Shown in pieces: positions 36,501-45,500 of a stretch of 64,000 nucleotides of DNA. The stretch comes from Raja brachyura (taxonomy: Eukaryota), in NCBI GenBank assembly GCA_963514005.1, contig OY740804.1, positions 5,394,001 to 5,458,000 on the forward strand, written 5' to 3'. Every line of letters starts with the position of its first letter. The first letter of the stretch is position 1. Made by a program: the position numbers and the translations under genes. The notes below the pieces were generated by a model, which was not told the DNA's origin, did not search any database, and saw nothing but the letters and a program-made list of their open reading frames with translations.

Positions 36501-39500
36501 GTGTGCGATGGCTGATGGGGAAAGATTTGTTTATTTTGCTTACCACCGTGGGAAATATCCGGGTGGAGAGGCTGGCTGGCTGCCGGACGGTGGGTGGACA
36601 GTGGCTGCTGGGGGTGTGGGCACATTGAAACATAGAAACGTAGAAAATAGGTGCAGGAGGAGGCCATTCGGCCCTTCGAGCCAGCACCGCCATTCATTGT
36701 GATTATGGCTGATCGTCCCCTATCAATAACCCGTGCCTGCCTTCTCCCCATATCCCTTGACTCCACTAGCCCCTAGAGCTCTATCTAACTCTCTCTTAAA
36801 TCCATCCAGTGACTTGGCCTCAACTGCCCTCTGTGGCAGGGAATTCCATAAATTCACAACTCTCCAGGTGAAAACGTTTTTTCTCACTTCAGTCTTGAAT
36901 GGCCTCCCCTTTATTCTAAAACTGTGGCCAGTGGTTCTGGACTCGCCCAACATTGCGAACATTTTTCCTGCATCTAACTTGTCCAGTCCTTTTATAATTG
37001 TACATGTTTCTATAAGATCCCCCTCAACCTTCTAAACTCTAGTGAATGCAAGCCTAGTATTTTCGATCTTTCCTCATATGACAGTCCCGCCATCCCAGGG
37101 ATCAATCCCGTGAACCTACGCTGCACTGCCTCAATCACAAGGATGTCCTTCCTCAAATTAGGAGACCAAAACTGTACACAATATTCCAGATGTGGTCTCA
37201 CCAGAGCCCTTTACAACTGCAGAAGAACCTCTGTACTCCGATACTGAAATCCTCTTGTTATGAAGGCCAACATTCCATTAGCTTTGAGGGAGAGAGAGGG
37301 GGTGCGCAGAGTGGGGAGCGAGTGACTGATCCCAGAGGTGGGGGCAGGGAGCAGGCTGGCCTGCCGCGGGAGGACTGAACGCAGTCTGTTGAGCTCTGGG
37401 GACTGATTCCATGTTTATGATTCTCCGGGTATTCAGACTGCGAGCAACACTTGTCTCTCAGTGATCTGTCGGATAATTAGTTTGAGTCGGAATGCAAACC
37501 TCTGATGGGGTGATATTTCATACAGTTCAGTGGCAGGGAAATGTGCTGAGCATCTCAGTTGAAGTGGGTGGCCGCTCAGTGGGACAGAGCCCGCACTGGG
37601 TGAGAGCAACATGAGTGGGGTTTCCGGACTCCTGCCCGCTCCCCGCAGGTCTCTGCACTGCTGCGGGGCCTCGGGATATCAGTGCTGCCCAGACCCTTCC
37701 CGGAGAAAAAAAACATGGATCAGGCATTTCATTGGAGACGTCAAGTCAATCGCTGCGAAACATACCGTCAGATACTTGGAGATGTACGTCAAGTGTTCGA
37801 TATTCGGCAGATGTTGCAATTCCACAGCTGTACCACCCTGCATCTCCAGAGCGAAGATCCTCCACAGTCACAGTAAATATTCCTCGTGCCGGGTTATCTG
37901 TGATTGACACTCTTCCACTCCGTCCGGTTTGCCCACTTGTTGACACTAAAACTCCACACGGATTCCACCTCCAATCACACCAGTATTTTATGCCTGAGCG
38001 GTACTCTGCTGCATAGTGACAATCGATTGTGATCGCTCTTCCCACAACTCCTCTTACCTCCCTCTCTCCCCACACTGCACCTGAAACTGAGGGGAGAAAC
38101 TTTCAGATGGAGAGCAAATGAACTGTTTAATGGAAATAGATACATTTGGAAGATCACATGAAAGAAAACTTAAATCGTTCCATGATGTGTCATATTGCAT
38201 CACGGCCAATGTCTCCGGTCTGAAGTGCAGGCAGTGCTGTTATTGTACCAGTTGTGTCAGTGTTCTGTCCCCGGGTCAGTACAATTAGGGTTCACTTCCC
38301 ACTCCAGATCCCCGAGCAGAAACTGGGCTGAGATCGCAGTGCGGTACTGAGGGAGCGCGGCAGTGTTGCAGGAGCTGCCTTTCAACCAGGCGGTGCCCGG
38401 CCTCTCACAACACAGAAAGACCCCACTTTGTTATTTCATTGACGGTGCCGCCGGCTGCGCTGCCAACATTCATCTCTCAACCGACACTGGGCCGGACCCG
38501 TGTTTAGACATTCACCGCCTTTAAAAAAGCCCTGACGGAGGACAGAGGAGTTACAATAAAGCGGGTCCGTTACCGGAGAGCGTTACGAGCGTGAAAACGC
38601 ACACCGCCAGATTCGGGGACAGTTTCTTCCCTGCTGTTATCATGCACCTGAAGCCAGGGCTGGCCTTAAGCCTACTGGACCGATTGCTCCCAATTGGGCC
38701 CCGTGCCAATGGGGGGGGGGGGGGGGGCGCTAATTTTCCGTATTTCGTACGGAAATGCGAATTCGCGCAATTAAAAAAAAAACATTTGCCTTGTTAAATA
38801 CTGATTTTATTTATTTTATTTTTTTTAATGGACATGGATAGAAGCCACTGCACTGGCCATCAGACAAAAACGATGTGTTAACTACTAGCACGTTAACAGC
38901 CAGTAGTTAACACGTAGTTATACAATGTGTCATTAATTAATCGATCCACATGCCACAGTAAATGTAATAGTAAGATTAAACAAGAACTTACCTGTTCAAA
39001 GTTTGATCTTTATTTTATGAGGAGTTACGATGAGGGATTACATGAAGAACGAGAGAGCAGGCTATTCTAGACTGGGTATTGAGTAATGAGGAAGGGTTAG
39101 TTAGCAGTCTTGTTGTGCGTGGCCCCTTGGGCAAGAGTGACCATAATATGGTTGAGTTCTTCATTAGGATGGAGAGTGACAAAATTAAGTCAGAAACAAG
39201 GGTTCTGAACTTGAACAAAGGTAACTTTGAAGGTATGAGATGTGAATTGGCCAAGATAGACTGGCAGGTGATTCTTAAAGGGTTGACAGTGGATGTGCAA
39301 TGGAAGGTATTTAAAGACTGCATGGATGAAGTACAAAAGTTGTTCATACCAGTTTGGCAAAAGAATAAATCGGGGAAGGTGGTGCATCCATGGATAACAA
39401 GGGAAATCAGGGATAGTATAAAAACAAAAGATGAGGCATACAAATTTGCCAGAAAAAGCAGCCTACCGGAGGACTGGGAGAAATTCAGCATCCAGCAGAG

Positions 39501-42500
39501 GAGGACAAAGGGCTTAATTAGGAAAGGGAAAATAGATTATGAAAGGAAACTGGCAGGGAACATAAAAACTGACTGCAAAAGTTTTTATAGATATGTAAAG
39601 AGAAAGAGACTAGTTAAAACAAATGTTGGTCCCTTGCAGTCAGAAACAGGTGAATTGATCATGGGGAACAAGGACATGGCAGACCAATTGAATAACTACT
39701 TTGGTTCTGTCTTCACTAAGGAAGACATAAATAATCTGCCGGAAATAGCAGTGGAACGGGGGTCAAATAAGATGGAGGAACTGAGTGAAATCCAGGTTAG
39801 CCGGGAGGTGGTGTTGGGTAAATTGAACGGATTGAAGGCCGATAAATCCCCAGGGCCAGATAGTCTGCATCCCAGAGTACTCAAGGAGGTAGCCACAGAA
39901 ATAGTGGATGCATTAGTGATAATTTTTCAAAATTCCTTAGATTCTGGAGTAGTTCCTGAGGATTGGAGGGTAGCTAATGTAACCCCACTTTTTAAAAAAG
40001 GAGGGAGAGAGAAAGCGGGGAATTACAGACCAGTTAGTCTAACATCGGTAGTGGGGAAACTGCTAGAGTCAGTTATTAAAGATGGGATAGCAGCGCATTT
40101 GGAAAGTGGTGAAATCATTGGACAAAGTCAGCATGGATTTACGAAAGGTAAATCATGTCTGACAAATCTGATAGAATTTTTCGAGGATGTAACTAGTAGA
40201 GTGGATAAGGGAGAACCAGTGGATGTGTTATATCTAGACTTTCAGAAGGCTTTCGACAAGGTCCCGCATAAGAGATTAGCATACAAACTTAAAGCACACG
40301 GTATTGGGGGTTCAGTATTGATGTGGATAGAGAACTGGCTAGCAGACAGGAGGCAAAGGGTAGGAGTAAACGGGTCCTTTTCAGAATGGCAGGCAGTGAC
40401 TAGTGGGGTGCCGCAAGGCTCAGTGCTGGGACCCCAGCTATTTACAATATATATTAATGATTTGGACGAGGGAATTCAATGCAACATCTCCAAATTTGCA
40501 GATGATACCAAGCTGGGGGGTATAGTTAGGTGTGAGGAGGATGCTTGGAGGCTGCAGGGTGATTTGGATAGGCTGAGTGAATGGGCAGATGCATGGCAGA
40601 TGCAGTACAATGTGGATAAATGTGAGGTTATCCACTTTGGTGGCAAAAACATGAGGGTAGACTATTATCTGAATGGTGGCAGATTAGGTAAGGGGGAGAT
40701 GCAACGAGACCTGGGTGTCATGGTACACCAGTCATTGAAAGTAGGCATGCAGGTGCAGCAGGCAGTGAAGAAAGCAAATGGTATGTTAGCATTCATAGCG
40801 AAAGGATTTGAGTATAGGAGCAGGGAGGTTCTACTGCAGTTGTACAGGGTTTTGGTGAGGCCACACCTGGAGTACTGCGTACAGTTTTGGTCTCCAAATC
40901 TGAGGAAAGACATCCTTGCCATAGAGGGGGTACAGAGAAGATTCACCAGACTGATTCCTGGGATGTCAGGACTTTCATATGAGGAAAGATTGGATAGACT
41001 CGGTTTGTACTCGATGGAATTTAGAAGATTGAGGGGGGATCTTATAGAAACCTACAAAATTCTTAAGGGGTTGGACAAGCTAGATGCTGGAAGATTGTTC
41101 CCGATGTTGGGGGAGTCCAGAACAAGGGGTCACAGTCTAAGGATAAGGGGGAATTCCTTTAGGACCGAAATGAGGAAAACATTCTTTACACAGAGAGTGG
41201 TGAGTCTCTGGAATTCTCTGCCACAGAAGGTAGTTGAGGCCAGTTCATTGGCTATATTTAAGAGGGCGTTAGATGTGGCACTTGTGGCTAAAGGGATCAG
41301 GGGGTATGGAGAGAAGGCAGGTACGGGATACTGAGTTGGATGATCAGCCATGATCACATTGAATGGCGGTGCAGGCTCGAAGGGCCGAATGGCCTACTCC
41401 TGCACCTATTTTCTATGTTTCTAAGAAGCCCCGCCTAGCGCATGATTGGCATACTTCAAAGCAGCGGCGTGAAAAACACAGAACCAATAGCCAGGGTAAG
41501 ATAGTAAGGCTCACAAAGATTAGAACTACCAGATCATTTATATTATGAGGGTTGGGAGCGGAGGGCACGTAATCCCTCATCGTAACTCCTCATAAAATAA
41601 AGATCAAACTGCGAACAGTTAAGTTCTCGTTTAATCTTACTATTTTACTTTGGAGTCACGTGAGTGACTACGTGAAGATTTTAAAGCTCTGTGTTTTTTA
41701 TGCCATAGATTCATTCCATACGACATTCTGTTTCAGTCAACACAGTAGTGAGTAAATAATATATATTTAAAACATTGCTTCAGTTTATGTAATAAGTCTT
41801 TTATTGATAAAAGAACAAAATAATATCCCCTCTATCCTAGGAGAAGATTTACAACCAAAGATATAAATCGATAATATAAATCGACAATATAAAACAAAGC
41901 TAACAATCAAAGAGAACCCAACACTGCGTGTCCAAACCCTGGCACCGTGAGAACAGGTTTATCGTAAACTTTGAAAAAGTTTCTTCTTACATCACCCTGC
42001 GGCCTCTAAAATTTGGTCGAGTGGCATGTCCTGTACCATCGCCGCGGTCGTAGCTGCCGCCCTGGTGGAGTGAGATTTAAGCACACCAGTGTCTACTCCT
42101 GCTATATCCAAATCCTGTTGGATCTAGAAATGGTTTGAACTGAAACTTTTTATGTGGTTTTTTGTGCGTAATCAGTAACGCTGTCTCACCACCCTTGGTT
42201 ACTTCAATATATTGAGTCAAATGCTTAACTACACACAATGTTTCATCGACAGGGTATGCTTTAAACATTACCTGGGTTCCAGTTTTCCCTGGTCTGCTTT
42301 GTTTGATTAGATCATATACATAAAAAAACATTGTTATCTGAAGCCACATGCATACAATCTAAACGTAACATTTGCAATGTTTTCACTCTTTGTGCTGACA
42401 CTAATGCCATTAGCATTACTACTTTTCATAGCAAAAGGATTTGAGTATAGGAGCAGGGAGGTTCTACTTCAGTTGTATAGGGTCTTGGTGAGGCCACACC

Positions 42501-45500
42501 TGGAGTATTGCGTACAGTTCTGGTCTCCAAATCTGAGGAAGGACATTATTGCCATAGAGGGAGTGCAGCGAAGGTTCACCAGACTGATTCCTGGGATGTC
42601 AGGACTGTCTTATGAGCAAAGACTGCATAGACTCGGTTTATACTCTCTAGAATTTAGGAGATTGAGAGGGGATCTTATAGAAACTTACAAGATTCTTAAG
42701 GGGTTGGACAGGCTAGATGCAGGAAGATTGTTCCCGATGTTGGGGCCGTCCAGGACAAGGGGTCACAGCTTAAGGATAAGGGGGAAACCCTTTAGGACCG
42801 AGATGAGAAGGAATTTTTTCACACAGAGAGTGGTGGGTCTCTGGAATTCTCTGCCACAGAGGGTAGTTGAGGCCAGTTCATTGGATATATTTAAGAGGGA
42901 GTTAGATGTGGCCCTTGTGGCTAAGGGAATCAGAGGGTATGGAGAGAAGGCAGGTACGGGATACTGAGTTGGATGATCAGCCATGATCATATTGAATGGC
43001 GGTGCAGGCTCGAAGGGCCGAATGGCCTATTCCTGCACCTAATTTCTATGTTTCTATGTTTCTAAATGTTAACTTCTGCAAAGACATTGACATAATTGGA
43101 GCCCATTGCCTAAGCAAAGTAAGAACAATGATAACATCCCAAATTTCTGTATATCTGGGTTTGGGAGGATTTTTATTAAAAATTCCTTTCATAAACTGGG
43201 ATATTAATGGATGAGACCCGATTGATTCCCGGTCAGAAATTTGTCCTAAATAGGACGACAAAGAACTACAAGCACTATTAATGGCACTATAACTTAAGTG
43301 CTGATCAAAATGTAACCCAGCAAGGAACTCCAATACATTTGATATGTTCGCATTATGATAAGATATCTTTGACTGTCTACAGAAGACTTCCCATTTCCTT
43401 ATATGCGACATATATTGATTTTTAGTGCTATTTCTCACAGCTGCAGCTATAACATCCATGGTCCTATCCGACAGTCCAAGCCCTTGCAATGGTCTGGTCA
43501 GAACCTTCAGATTAAAAAATTCATATGATCATGCAATGGATGAATTTATTTTGTTACTGTTTGTACCAACAAATCACTACAACTAGGAATCGTCATAAAT
43601 GGTTCAATAATCATTCTAAGCATCAATGGGAACCATGACTGTGTAGGCTAATTTGGAACCACCAAAACGCCCTTGGCAGAGTCGTGTGCTATTTTCATGA
43701 GACATTGCCCAGTCAGGCAGAATGGGGGAAAAGCATAAAAGAACATATTCCCCCAATGTAGCGAGAATGCATCCACCACTACTGCTCCTGGGTCGGGCTC
43801 CCAAGACACGTATTTGGGGAATTGGTGATTAAATCTAGATGCAAACAGATCAATGTCCGATAATCCATAACGACTGACAATATTTTTTAAAACTTGTGGA
43901 TTTAACATCCATTCTGTACTATCTTTAAATTTTCGTGATCTGTTCTCTGCCACAATATTGTCTCTCCCTGGGAGATAAATAGCTGAAAGCCAAATATTCT
44001 TACCTATACACCAATGCCACATCTGGTTAACCAGATAATCACATGATAATGACCTTACTCCACCCATGTGATTGATACATGCCACAGCTGTGGTATTGTC
44101 TACTTGTAGTTGGACATGCAAATCCTTCATAGAAGAACAATAAGCTTTTAATTCATAAAATGCCCCCAATAACTCCAAATAATTTATACCATATGTTTGG
44201 AGAAACAAGTCCTCTTGGACAGTCCATCTGCCACCACAGCTGGTGTTATTGTCCGTAGCACCCCATCCGAGAGCATTTGCATTATTTTGCAAAATCACTA
44301 CTGGCTGCTGAACTAATATGTTTTTAGCAGCTTGTGGAACATTCTCAATCCACCACTGTAATTCTGATAAAGCTTCCTTTGGCAATTGCATAGGCCTATC
44401 AAAATGGCCTGCTCGCTGTATAAGTGCTTGTGTTTTTGCCCTTTGGAGATTTTGGTAATGCAGTGGACCAAATTCTACTGCAAGAAATGCTGCTACTAAC
44501 TTACCAATAACCTTAGCTACTTCTCGGATGGAGGGATAAGGTTTGTGAATAAGGCAACAAAATACATTTGTAATATCATCAACTTTGTCTATTGGTAAAG
44601 TTACTAACATGGTAACTGAATTAATCATAAACCCCAAATATTTAATTGTTTGGGATGGCTATAGCTTAGATTTTGTTGGAGGGATCAGGAAACCCAGCCT
44701 TTCAAACAGGCTTGAAGTTGCTGAAACTGATTTTTCTGCTGATTCCTGATTAGCATCGACAATTAAAATGTCATCAAGATAAGCCATGACAATGTGTTTT
44801 TGTGCCCTTAGCAGTGGAAGTACTAGTTTCAACAATTTTGTGAACAGCCTAGAAGCTGAGCTTACCCATTAGGTAATGCCTTATATTGCCAGAGCTGACC
44901 CATCCAATTAAACTTCAAATACCTGCGAAAATGATGATGAATTGGTACTAAATAATACGCATCTTTCAATTCTATGGTAGCCATGTAACAACCTGTTGAT
45001 AACAACTGCCTCGCAGTGTTGAAGGTATCCATTTTGAAATGCTAATACTGGACAAATGTATTCAAATGTGTGAGATCCAGAATGACTCTACCACCCCTAT
45101 CTTTCTTTGCCTGGGGAAAATATTTGACACACATTGTTGTGGATTATTACCCGTATTTTCAATTTCTCCTTTTTCAAATAAAATTTTAACCTCTTTTTAT
45201 CCAAAAGATTCTTCTGTCATAGAATGAAGTTTTGGTACCTCCAAATGCATGTGATGGTCTCCTTTTCCCAACATAGGGGTTTACAATAGGCTGTGATGGG
45301 TAATAATACCTCCTCACCATACTCCTGCCTCTGCTTCATAATCAAATCCCCTTCTCATTGAACCAGACCGTCTTTGACCAAATATGAAAGGTTTCACAGG
45401 GCTGATAGTCTTTGCCTCTTCATCAATTTCTTTGATTTGTTTAGGCAAGTTTTCTTTGAATAAATACCCAGGAGTTTGAATATTGCTTGATCTGCACAGA

